64,000 bases of DNA from Octopus sinensis. Lineage: Eukaryota. This document shows, in pieces, positions 34,298 to 46,769 of the stretch. Under the pieces are notes generated by a model. It was not told where the DNA came from, did not search any database, and saw nothing but the letters and a program-made list of their open reading frames with translations. The DNA lies in NCBI RefSeq assembly GCF_006345805.1, contig NC_043000.1, forward strand, positions 160,642,001 to 160,706,000, written 5' to 3'. The position numbers and the translations under genes were made by a program. Every line of letters begins with the position of its first letter. Position 1 is the stretch's first letter.

Positions 34298-36047
34298 GTC
34301 ATTTACTTTCAATCTGCATGTTTGATGCAATCACCTGCCGGGGCACACCCAGCGCCCTAGGGCAAGTGAAGGTTAAGAGTTGTTGAAATATAGCTGAAAG
34401 CTTGGGGAGGGGAAGTAGAGAAATATCTCCATGTAATACAAACACAAACATTACATTGATAGGGTTTTTCTAAGGATGTGGGCAGTACTTGTTAGCACAA
34501 TCTTTTGGATTTCCTTGAGACATGGTTTTCCAGGGATATTGTCTAGGTGTTTCTGACATCCCTTTTTTATCATACCTAGGGCACCTACAATAACAGGAAC
34601 AGTTTTTGTTTTAAGATTCCACATCCTCTGTATTTCGATTTCCAGGTCCTTATATTTACTAAGTTTGTCAAATTCCTTGACAGATACATTTTTATCAGTG
34701 GGGACGCTTACTTCTATTAGTCTGCAGGTATTTTCTTCCCTGTCTTTAACAATTATGTCTGGTTGATTAGCCTTGATCGTTCTGTCAGTGTTGACTGGAA
34801 AATCCCAGAGGATGGTGACATCTTTACCTTCAACAACTGGCTGAGGATGGTGTTCATACCAGTTAGCAGGAGTGTCGGATTTGTAGTGTTTACATATCTT
34901 CCAATGTATATACTGTCCTACCCTATCGTGGCGATTTTTGTATTCGTTTGGTGTCAGCACAGGACATCCCGAAACGAGATGGTCTATCGTTTCGTCAAAC
35001 GTGTCACAGAATCTGCATTTAGGGTCAGTACCGTTTCGGAGAACGTTAGCCTGGTAATTTCTGGTAAACAAGCTTTGATCTTGTGCTGCCATTATGAAGC
35101 CTCTGCTTTCAATCCAGAACTCTTCAGCCACTGATGGGTTGTTGCTTGGTCTACATCAGCATTTTGGCTTCGGAGAATGCATTGTCCATGCAGGGGCTTC
35201 TGGCTCCACCGCCTCTCAATTTGATTCTGCCCATTCTTTTTTGCAGTCTGCCTGATTCGCTTTGCTTGCTTGGTAGCAGTGGTTTCTGGCTCTTCACCTG
35301 ATTCAAGGTTAATGCCTAGTTCCCTTTCGAACTTATAAGCTTCCTTGACAATAGAATGCAGCTTTTTGCTGCTTTCGTGTTCACACACAAGTCGCAGCAT
35401 CCAGTCTTTTGTACTAGATAGGTACCTGTTCATTCCTACAGTAGAGGTCTTATAGCACAGCTCTAATTGCATCATTCCTCTCCCCCCGCTGCTTCTAGGT
35501 AGGTACAAGCGGTCTACATCTGCCTTAGGGTGGTGCATGCTCCTGGCTGTCAGTAACTTTCTTGTCTTCCTGTCCAAGCGTTGGAGTTCCGTAAGGTTCC
35601 AGTTAATGATGTTAAAACTGTACTGGACTACTGGAAGTGCCAGGGTGTTAATGGCCTCAATGCAATTTTTGGAGTTGAGTTCAGTCTTCAGTACAAGCCT
35701 TATTCTCCTATAGTACTCCTTTCTTATTTTTTCCTTCATAGTAGCATGCTGTATACCATCTCCTTCGTTGATTCCTAGGTATTTGTAACTTTCTTGTGGG
35801 TCAAGTTCCTTGATGGTAGTGTCAATATCTAATTTAACAGAAGCTGTTTGCCTGAGCTTGCCTCTTACAAAAGTTGCTTTAGCACACTTATCAAGGCCAA
35901 AATCCATTCCGATATCATTGCCAAACTCTTTAACAGTTGTTAGCAGCCCTTCTAGCTCTTGGTCATTCTTGGCAAACAGCTTTAGATCGTCCATATAAAA
36001 AAGGTGGTTTATTAACTTGCTAAAAACTTTGTACCCATATCTGGCAC
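34298..36047 (-). mobile_element. R4/Dong-clade non-LTR retrotransposon, 5'-truncated, young
   Basis: HLFYMDDLKLF (RT), YKYLGI, CRFCDTFDETIDHLVSGC, RHD, QPDIIVKD, KLSKYKDLEIE; one frameshift near 35100. Confidence 0.93.
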
Positions 36048-36712
<665 letters not shown>

Positions 36713-36768
36713 GTCGTTTGTTTGTTATTGTTCTTATTATTTATTTATTTAATATTATTTTTTATTAA

Positions 36769-36982
36769 GGCGGCGAGCTGGCAAAAACGTTAGCACGCCG
36801 GGCGAAATGCTTAGCAGTATTTCGCCCGTCTGCGTTCTGATTTCAGATTCTACCGAGGTCGACTTTGCCTTTCATCCTTTCGGGGTCGATAAATTAAGCA
36901 CCAGCTGCGTACTAGAGTTGATCTAATCGACTGGCCCCTTGCCGAAAATTTCGGGCTTTGTGCCTAGAGTAAAAAGAAAAAT
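36769..36982 (+). mobile_element. SINE family C (3'-variant)
   Basis: Family C head and core; 3' end ATCTAATCGACTGGCCCC...CGGGC.TTGTG shared with 46238-46436. Confidence 0.9.
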
Positions 36983-37002
36983 TTGTTGTTGCTGTTATTA
37001 TT

Positions 37003-37505
37003 CAGTAGTCTTATTTTTATCACGTGCTTTCTCTGCACTACTGAGCGCAGCAGTGTGTGGCTTGGTATGGAGTGTAGTTTGTTGTGATGCTCTTACTTTT
37101 ACTGAATTGATTGTGTTTTACGTAGGATGTGTGCGGTGCCTAGTAGTGCTATTTTCTGTATGTTATATATACTGTTAGTCCGGGTGATTTTGTTGTTTTG
37201 GTGGGAATAACTTTTCTCATGCCTAATGCGCCTACTATGATAGGAATTGTGTCTGCTTTTAGACTCCACATTCGAGTTACCTCTATTTCTAGATCTTTGT
37301 ATTTTGAAAGTTTCTCCGTTTCTTTTAGAGAAACATTGTCATCTATTGGTATTGATACATCGATTAGAAAGCATTTTTATCGTGCTGAACTCTAACAACT
37401 ATATCCAGCCTATTGGCCTAAATTCTTATCTTTATATATTAGCATATCCCAGATTATGGTTACTTTCTAATTTTAGTGACCTTTTCTGCCGTCCGCCTAT
37501 AGCAT
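37003..37505 (-). mobile_element. R4/Dong-clade 3' fragment
   Basis: Minus strand LIDVSIPIDDNVSLKETEKLSKYKDLEIEVTRMWSLKADTIPIIVGALGM. Confidence 0.85.
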
Positions 37506-37553
37506 CTTATTATTAATTTTATTATTATCATCATCATCATTATTATTATTATT

Positions 37554-38270
37554 GCCTTTGCACAGCCACTAACGCTGGAGATGTACTACAGTGTCAGCTG
37601 TTCACTACCAGTGAACTAAGGTAACACTTATTATTTTCGAGCACCTTCCAGAGTATTCCAGCGGGTCCAAGCAGTGCTGTTTTCTGCAAGTGCTCCACCC
37701 TTATTGCAGCCCCTATTTGTTCCATGTACCTCTCGAGATTTTTTCTCATTGTTCCCAGAGCTCCGACAATTATTGGTACCACTACCATCTTTTTCATCGA
37801 CTTAACTTCACAAGCTAACCTGTTACATCTCTCGACTTTTCTTTCTTCCTTATCGCATACCTTGTTGTCAGCTGAGCATGCTATATCTATGATCCAGCAT
37901 ACTTTGTTTTCTTTCTCAATGAAAACTATGTCTGGCTTCATATTCTCTATCTCATGGTCGCACTGAATCATAAAATCCCATAGCATCTTTGCATTTCTAT
38001 TTTCGACCATGCCTTCAGGTTTGTTGTCGTACCAAGTTTTTGCTCTGTTAAGTCCATACTTGTTGCAAAGTATCCAATGGAGTAGCGTGGCTATATTGTC
38101 GTTGCATCGCATATTCCTTCTGAACTAGTGGCGTACATTGGCTGGTAATATGCCATACGGTTTCACTATTTTGTCCACAGATTCTGCACTTATCACTTTC
38201 TGATATGTTGTCTATTCTGTATTTTATGCAGTTTGATTTTAGTTTGATCGGATTAGTAGACCACTTAAAC
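37554..38270 (-). mobile_element. R4/Dong-clade 3' fragment, distinct lineage
   Basis: CRICGQNSETVWHITSQC, LHWILCNKYGL, KPDIVFIEK..CWIIDIAC, VVPIIVGALG. Confidence 0.85.
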
Positions 38271-38284
38271 AGGAATTGACGGGA

Positions 38285-41120
38285 ACCATCGTCAATAACG
38301 GGTGGTTGCTCTCTTTGAAAAGGGAAATCAGAGGTGTTAGTTAGTTTTAGCAAAGCGATGCTTTAGAAAACAACAGAATAGAAAATAACTATTGAGTAAC
38401 TTAGAAGAGGCACATAAAAGTTGGATTGCGAATGACATGCTAGAGGCGAGAATTGTATTCGACCATTTCTTAGAAGTAAAACATGAAGGCTGTATTGTCC
38501 GGGCTAGGGTGCGTGCCGTGAAACACCAAGGCTCAATATCTGTTGGTTGGGCCTGTGTAACGGAGGCACAACATGGACACAAATCTAGGATTCACTCTGT
38601 GACAGACCGCAGTAGCCATGTGCACTCCGATTCCAAAGAGATTAGCGCTCTTTCGGCATCATTTCGCCGACCTCCTTTCGATGAGTGGCATTCTTGACAC
38701 AGTGGGCTTTGAGGCTTACCTGGAGGGTATGCCGCGCCTATCAGACAAGGATATCAAGTGCTGCGAGAAACCGATTTCAGTGGAGAAAGTGGAAGATTTA
38801 CTGGCCCGCTGCGTGGGGCTCAAATCACTAGGATTGGATCTCCTGGTCTATGAACTATATGCCCACACGCCGGATTTGCTTGTGTCGTTTTCAGCAGCTG
38901 TCTACTGCTCCTGGCAACAGACGGGAAGCATTTCCAATCGTGTGAGTCGCGAAGCGGTGATCCTGCTGGGAAAAGATCCAAACATGGAGGATGTGATTGC
39001 AAACTTCAGGCCCATAGCTCTACCTAACACTGAGTTAAAATTTCAGCTAAGGTGCTCGCCAAGCGGCCGGAGCTTGTTGTCGGTAGTATAGTGAGGGGGG
39101 CACAAATTTGTGCGACCCTCGGTAGATCTATCCACGATAATCACCACCTCATGCGATACGTCGTAGAATGGGTTGGGAATAGATCGGGTTTTGGTGGTGC
39201 AGTGACCAATTTGGAGATGTCTAAAGCTTTTGACTGAGTGGTCTGTCAGGTGTCTGTCCTAAAAGCTGTCGGATTCAGTCCCGTCTTCATAGGCTGGATC
39301 ACCAGTATATATATTGGCATCTTCTCGGTTGACAAATTGAATGGCCACCTCTCGGAACCTTTCAGTATTGAACGCTCAGTATGCCAAGGGTGCCCTCTCT
39401 CCCCGCTTTTATATATTTTAGCTTTAGAATCCTTGCTGCGAAGGGTGGAGAATTTGAGGGGTATCCCGTTGGAACTAGGTCACAAAAGAGCTCTGCACAC
39501 ACGGATGACGTCACTCTCATGTTTGTCAGACTCTTTGGACATTGAAAAGATGGACACTATACTGAATGAATATCAGGAATGCACAGGAGCACTCATAATC
39601 AAGAGCAAGTCAGTAGGTCTGCAACTAGACATTTGGAGAGGCAAGTCAATCAGCAGCGATTTCTGTCGCTAGACAGGTGGGGGTCCGGAGAAATTGTTCT
39701 GATTCTGGTTAGGACTATATCTCCAGGTAGACTACGAAGAGGTCATGACTAGGGTATCCAAGGTCACCCAGAAATGGACAGAAAGGAAGCTGTCGATGAA
39801 AGGCCAGGCGGAAGTAGCGAATGCACTACCACCTAGCTGTCGTACCTTGTCCTCAGAACACTCTGACCAGATTAGAGCGCTTGCTTTTTCGATTCTTATG
39901 GAAGGGTCAGGATCCGCTGGACAGAAAATCCACCAGTTGTCAACACCCACAGCGTGGTAGTTTTAGGATTACATCCTTAATGATGCAGTGCCACGCTTTG
40001 AGGCTGTCACATCTACAAAAATATTTAAATCACTGCGATGATTTGGATGACGACGACGAAATTAAGGTTGAACTGATGTTGGCGTCTTTCTGCAGCTCAT
40101 CTCATCGACAGAGTTTGCAGTCATAGGTCAAACGTAGTTGGGCATTTGTCATCCAGAATGTTGTCAGCCTTGTATCAGCTGTCCAAAACCGTTAGCGGGA
40201 AGACAAACCAAGATTTCTCTAGGGGGCTAGTAGAGGGTTTGAGTGATGATGGCGTAGGATCGAATCTAGATATCGAGGAGAACAGTCTGAGTGGTCTCTT
40301 CCAGAGAACCTTTGGGTCGGTGATCATGGACAATTTCCAAGTCTTTGGCTTGGCTCTTCTACAGAGGGGTATTGCACATTTGAGACAAGCTATCCAGGTA
40401 TGGAATTGCCAACAGCCGAACCTGCCCGAGGTGCTTGCAAGGGGACGAAATCGTCCTGCATACAATAATTCAGTCTCCGCGCATTAGAGAGTTGTGGGAT
40501 TGTGTGGAGCAGTTGTTTTCGCGTGTAAGCTGAATTCAGCTGTCTGCCGAGTGTATAGTGTAGATCGACGAACCACGTCCTCTGATCAGAGATGGAAGGC
40601 AGATCTTTCTCTGTTTAGTGGCTATAGCAAAAGAGGCTGTGTGGTGGACCCGTCTGAAAGGTTTGAAGACAAGCACATACCTATCTGGTCAAGCTTCCAT
40701 CAATTTACTCAAATATCATTTGAAGAGGAAGGCGAGGATAGAGAGGGAGATGCAGCCTTCTAGTGTATTTATTACAAGTGGTCGACAGTGGCAAGACATT
40801 TGACTGAATCTATTCTGAATAATCTACTCTGACTGGATCTACTTTTCTAAGCAGGAGGAAAGAAACTGAAAGAGGACACTTTCCCATGCCTTTGAGATGG
40901 CAGAATAATCCGGGATTTTTGTGTGGACTTTACCCCAGAAGACTGCCCTGCTATTGGGTATTCTATTTATTTATTTATTTATTTATTTATTTATTATTAT
41001 TTCTCTACTTTGATGTGGAGACGTTCTTTGATGTGATGGACTTCCCAATTCGGATGTTGTACTTCAGGACCTCTAATTTGCCTGTTGACATTAGCCGATA
41101 CCACGGCCTTGTATTCTTTT
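38285..41120 (+). mobile_element. L1/Tx1-like non-LTR retrotransposon, decayed ORF2 and 3' UTR
   Basis: KSLGLDLL.YELY, NFRPIALPNTELK, GRSIHDN, SKAFD*V, SVCQGCPLSPLLYILALE, HTDDVT, CPRCLQGDEIVLH; many frameshifts. Confidence 0.88.
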
Positions 41121-41124
41121 AGTG

Positions 41125-41250
41125 CCAAAAACCTCCATTTTAGTGGCGTGTGACATCATAACAGTGATGTCTTCTGTATACGCCGACATTGCTCCCATGG
41201 ATCCCCGAACGCAGCGGTGGCTCGCAAACCAACACGTACAGAAGAAGATA
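41125..41250 (-). mobile_element. short L1/Tx1-like RT fragment, opposite orientation
   Basis: GAMSAYTEDITVMMS resembles SAYADDITV. Confidence 0.4.
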
Positions 41251-43340
41251 GGAGTACACTCTGACGGAACGAACGTGCTATGAGAAAACTTCTTTGAAGT
41301 AGCGTTACATTTAACAACCAAGCAGATACCGTTGCGTGGTGCAGCGAACCATCTTCTGAGAACAAGTCCGAACGTATCTTCTTTGTGGGAAGGATTCTAA
41401 TTAACGATTGCCGATCCTATCGAAGGATTCCGACTGATCCAAATTGATAAATAGCCCCTGAAAATGAGCTTTGTCCTCAAATCTTTCAAAGATGTCTCGC
41501 AAGCGATAAAGGTGGCCGTGGAGGGACATGTTTGCGACCACACGAATTCATAGCAACGATTTATATAATACGTGAGGATCTGCACAGCACCTGAATCTAC
41601 CACACATCAAATAATAAAAAAATGATAAAGTTTTTATTAACTTCTAAGAGTTAACAAAAATTTCGGGGATGAAATTGAACGATGCCACATGGTTTATATA
41701 AAATCATGCAAAACAGAAAACCAGGAACCAGAATATAAAGATGCAGCGAAAAATATTTTACCTAACTGTGAGAAGACCTTCGAAGACTACGTGTGGAATT
41801 TTCTTTTTTAAATCATGGTTCTTCTAAACATTAAGGCAAGTGTCCTCTCCCTATTATTCTCTTCTAACAACAGAGGCATAGCTAGAAAAGACCGTTCATT
41901 CGGACCATGCTCGCCTCTCATTCATTTTCTTTTTCAAGTAAAATTTGAGAAAGTTGATGGGAGGTTGGCTAAAAAGGAAGTTCTCTGTCTTCAGCTCACG
42001 CAATCTGTCCCACACCTATCCCACTTTCGCCAAAGCCTCAAGACAGAAAAATGTCGCCTGACGTTTCAAGTCAAAAATAGACGGTAGGATGATATTAACA
42101 GTGGACTCAGCTGATAGCTATATCCGCCACACAGTTTTAGTAGGTGTTCGACATAATTCCACAATCAGCAATTCTCAACTATTGAACGATTGCATGCAGA
42201 ATGATTCCATTACCATGAGTGCATCTCAGACAGGCTCGTTTAACGGCATTTCTGTGTCCTCTAGTTTACCAGGAATGCGCCACATCTGACAGATCAAGTA
42301 TTCTTGAAAATTATTCATGGATCACAGCTGGAATCTCAGCTGAAACAACCCAGAGTCTCTCCGGGAGCGTCATTTCTTTTGACCACCACTAAGTCTACGA
42401 GCACCAGAGTGGAACTTTAACCGACCGAAATGCCCGACTGGCAGACAGCTGTGAGCGCTGGATGACATTCCAGATGCCACAAAAAGATAACATTAAAAAC
42501 AATAACTGATCTTTCTCTTTGTCTTGTGTTTTGTAACAGAAGGTTGTAGACAGTATTGTCCGCTCACGTAAAGTGGAAACATTGCCATAAGTAAAGCAGA
42601 ACAAAGAACAAGTATTTTCACCAAATCTACGAAGAGTAAACAGTAGACATTTGCACAGGTCTCAGATAAAAAGAAAAATTCAAATAAAAACTGAAAAATG
42701 CCTAATAAAATAAATATATTATAAGATTAATAATATATTCAACCAACTCTCTAAGTCAAAAGAATAGAAATACTTATTGTGTGACATTTAACCATCTGCT
42801 GCATATGTATAACCTCCGGCTTTATACTGATTACAGATGGCAAACAAATGTATATCTTGTTACATTCTTTCAAGATTCAACGGGGGAAATTGACATAAAC
42901 TTCGAAATAGTATTATGTACCAATGTCACGCTATAAAGAGGAAAATTAATAAACAAAAAATATAGAGAGAGCTTTCATGTTAGATACATTAGAGAGCAGA
43001 GAGAATTTGGTCAAACACCGACTTACAATTATTAATTATTAATGAACTAGACCAAGTAAAGAGAGGAATATGTAAGAACATATTAGTATTATACTATAAA
43101 CACATGTAACAGACACTTTAATGTAATAATTAAAACTGGGCTAAATCGTAAATATAAGCTAATAGATATTAACAATCTAGCCGTATCTGTAATTAATTTT
43201 GCAACATCTTCATCTGGTACTGAAATGAAATAGAAAGAAAATAGTGACCATACTTAGAATACATATCGTCCAGTCATTTACATGAAAGGCATATACATAG
43301 CATCATATTAGTGTGCTTACATTTCCACACAATATAAACT

Positions 43341-43608
43341 GCAACTCCGTCCGTTATGACAACAAGGATTCTAGCTGATCCTGCTCGTGAAATTTACGTG
43401 GGAGTGGTTGAGCACTCCAAAGACAGCGTGTCATAGAATGTGACAAAGCTGGCCTTTGAATTACGAGTACAACTCCTTTTTCCTTGCTGAATCGACTGGA
43501 GCAAAATGAAATAAAGTGTCTTCCACGGGGACAAAACGGGACGCTGGTAATCGAACTCGAGTCCTTGTGATCGAGAGCCGATTACCCCTAACCAGTGCGA
43601 CATGCGCC
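43341..43608 (-). mobile_element. tRNA-derived SINE family D
   Basis: Sense head GGCGCATG...TGGTTAGGGG...GAGTTCGATTACC; 3' tail shared with 44097-44476. Confidence 0.75.
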
Positions 43609-44096
43609 TTCATTATGCTGTTACACTCATAGTGTAATTATTTAGTTTCGAAATACAATAATTAGTACAGAATTAAGTGAAGTGACCACAGGTAACTACA
43701 AATTATAACAGAAAACAAAACTGTTCCTTCTTCAACAAAACCAGCAAATATAGAATACTCTTCATATAATACTAATATCAATTCTTTAAATCCAAAACCG
43801 AAATACAAATTGGGACTAAAAGACAGCATATTAAAATATGTCCCCAAATTAGCTCTATATCTAAAAAAAAAGGACAACACCGAACAAACAAATAAAATTT
43901 AAAATAGTCAAGAATAAGTTCAGAAGCTTAGCTACTAAATATCAGAAGTAGAAAGTGTTTTGTTCGTCTCACAAAAACAAATTGCTTTCATTAGAATTTA
44001 CCCAAAACGTATTGAGATACAGAGCACAAACGGTAATTGTAGACTATGTGGAGAACAGGGAAAATTCAGCAGAAATATTTCCCTGATTTTTTTTTT

Positions 44097-44476
44097 GGAA
44101 GCACTCCGTCGGTTACGATGACGAGGGTTCCGGTTGATCCGATCAACAGAACAGCCTGCTCGTGAAATTAACGTGTAAGTGGCTGAGCACTCCACAGACA
44201 CGTGTACCCTTAACGCAGTTCTCGGGGATATTCAGCGTGACACAGAGAGTGACAAGGCCGGCCCTTTGAAATACAGGCACACTAGAAACAGGAAGTAAGA
44301 GTGAGAGAAAGTTGTGGTGAAAGAGTTCAGCAGGGATCACCACCATCCCTGCCGGAGCCTCGTGGAGCTTTAGGTGTTTTCGCTCAATAAACACTCACAA
44401 CGCCCGGTCTGGGAATCGAAACCGCGATCCTACGACCGCGAGTCCGCTGCCCTAACCACTGGGCCATTGCGCCTCC
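44097..44476 (-). mobile_element. SINE with family B head and family D-type tail
   Basis: First ~180 nt near-identical to 3567-3750, then diverges; A-tail at the left end. Confidence 0.9.
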
Positions 44477-45599
44477 ACATTTCCCTGATAGCTTTGCGTT
44501 AGTTAAAACTAACACAAAGATTACTGGAAGGTTCATACTGCTGGAAGATATGTCAATATTTTATTATACAAATGAAAAACTGATAGATCATATGAAAGTT
44601 AATGTCTCATAAAGCAACAAATGATCTTACTCAGAGCTGAGTTAGCCACGCTACCAGCAAAATCATTAGCTTACCAGAAAACATTCACTAAGTACCGGAA
44701 TAAAGTCATCAGATGACATAAACATATTCAACTGCTCCCCAGGGGTTATTTTGTTTTCTAAATTTCAAATGTCTCACGGGTAAAGCTATTGAGTTATAAT
44801 AGTGCTCAATACGAAGGGTTCGATTAAAACTTCAGCTTTTATTGTTGTGTTGACGACGACGGCGACGATGATGATGGTGGTAGTGGTGCTGACGACAATG
44901 ACGCCGACGACAAAGCGAAGTGCGTTACTACTGAGAAAGTCAGATTACGGACAGGATTGTGCACTGCTTTCATGCTGCTCGTATCGACATGTAATATACT
45001 TTACTATCCTGCACGACGAGACGCACCTTTTTTACAACAATATGCAAAAACATTGAAAAGATTATACACTAGACATATACACAAGCATACACAAACACAC
45101 AAATAGATGCATAAACGCATACACACATACATACACACACACCACACACACACATAAAATATAGAACACTTGTCCAAGTTGTCGCCCAATGAACTCGATC
45201 TTTAAATAATGTGGTTCTGAAGGAAACGTCTTAACCATGTGGTTCTGGCAGCATCTTTGTGCCTCCCTACCTGACAGAATAAATAGTTAAAAAATAAAAG
45301 AAAATGTCAATAACTTACTTTTCTGTTTCGAAAGGAATGTTTCTCATATGATTGTGGCAGACAACATATACAGAAGCCGCTTTCGTAGCATCATCACCGC
45401 TTGTTTGATAAGCTACCCGCCATCGTACCTTCTTCAGCTGTCAGCTTCTAGTTGACATGGCGAGGAAACTGTCAGCTTGCCAAGCCAAGCGACAAAAGAA
45501 TATGACGTTCTACGCCTCAAATAGACCAGATATTCAAAGATGTCTCAACATACCATCTTGTTATTGAGAATTTACACTGTAAACTTAAAAAACGAAAGA

Positions 45600-45642
45600 A
45601 AGAAAGACAGACAGAAGACAGAAAGGAAGGAAGAAAGAAAAA

Positions 45643-45706
<64 letters not shown>

Positions 45707-45722
45707 GAGAAAGAAAGAAAGC
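45600..45722. repeat. (GAAA)n microsatellite
   Basis: Direct. Confidence 0.95.
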
Positions 45723-45861
45723 AAAATGGTAGCAACTGTCCTCGGAGAAAATTCCCATAGAGAAACCAAGAATTTACCGCACATCTTCGGAGCACGTTCC
45801 TTGCATCTGAAATGTAAATATAACTGTAATATAATAATAATAATAATAATAATAATAAACT

Positions 45862-46006
45862 TTTTTTACTAAAGGTACAAGGCCTGAAATTTGATGTGAG
45901 GAGAGTACGCGATTACATAAAGCCCAGTACGCAACTGGTACGTAATTTATCAACCGGAAAGGATGAAAGGCAAAGTCGACCTCAGCGGAACCTGAACTCA
46001 GAACGT
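45862..46006 (-). mobile_element. SINE family C, 5'-truncated
   Basis: AAAGGATGAAAGGCAAAGTCGACCTC...GAACTCAGAACG is the reverse complement of the family C core. Confidence 0.85.
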
Positions 46007-46237
46007 ACTGATGAACGATAATAACAATGATCGGCCGTCCCATCGAAGACGACGTACGAGTGTTCAGCTTTTGCCGAACGACCGGCTCAGATGATTTGTT
46101 AATAGTGATCAACTGTATGCGTTGTACATTAGCTCACTCCCTCCATCAAATTACCGTTGTCTCAACAGGTGCACGTGTACCCGCACGTGTACCCGCTCTC
46201 CTATATAGCGCCGCAACAACATTAGTAGCTAAGCCAA

Positions 46238-46436
46238 GGAAGCGAGCTGGCAGAAATGTTAGCACGCCGGGCGAAATGCTTAGCGGTATTTCGTTTGAGT
46301 TCAAATTCCACCGAGGTCGACTTTGCCTTTCATCCTTTCGGGGTCGATAAATTAAGTACCTGTTGCGTACTGGGGTCGATCTAATCGACTGGCCCACTCC
46401 CCCAAAATTTCGGGCCTTGTGGCTCTAGTAGAAAAG
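46238..46436 (+). mobile_element. SINE family C with 20-bp target-site duplication
   Basis: Flanked by AACATTAGTAGCTAAGCCAA (46218-46237) and AACGTTAGCAGCTAAGCCAA (46437-46456), 2 mismatches. Confidence 0.92.
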
Positions 46437-46769
46437 AACGTTAGCAGCTAAGCCAACAGCCGTAAATCTGCCATCATTTGTTGTGTAAAGAAAGCAGGGG
46501 AAACAATATTAGAACCTCTAGGCCTTATAGTAATAATATAATTATAGTAATAATAGTGAAACTATAGTAATAAGCAAGTAAATAATACGGTAGCGATAAT
46601 CGTACTAATAGTGGAATTATAACAGTGAGCAAGTAAATGATAATACTGAATGATCCAGAAGTGGCGTTGTGAAACCGTCTTGTCGTCGGCGACTAAAACA
46701 GTAACCCCACTAAGCTTCCTTGGTGAGGAGGATGGATTTTCGACACCCTGAGGGATTAATAACAAAACC

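Noticed and set aside
45319-45440. Possible minus-strand exon (LKKVRWRVAYQTSG...) ending at a GTAAGT donor
   Set aside because: No pyrimidine tract at the acceptor and no recognisable peptide.
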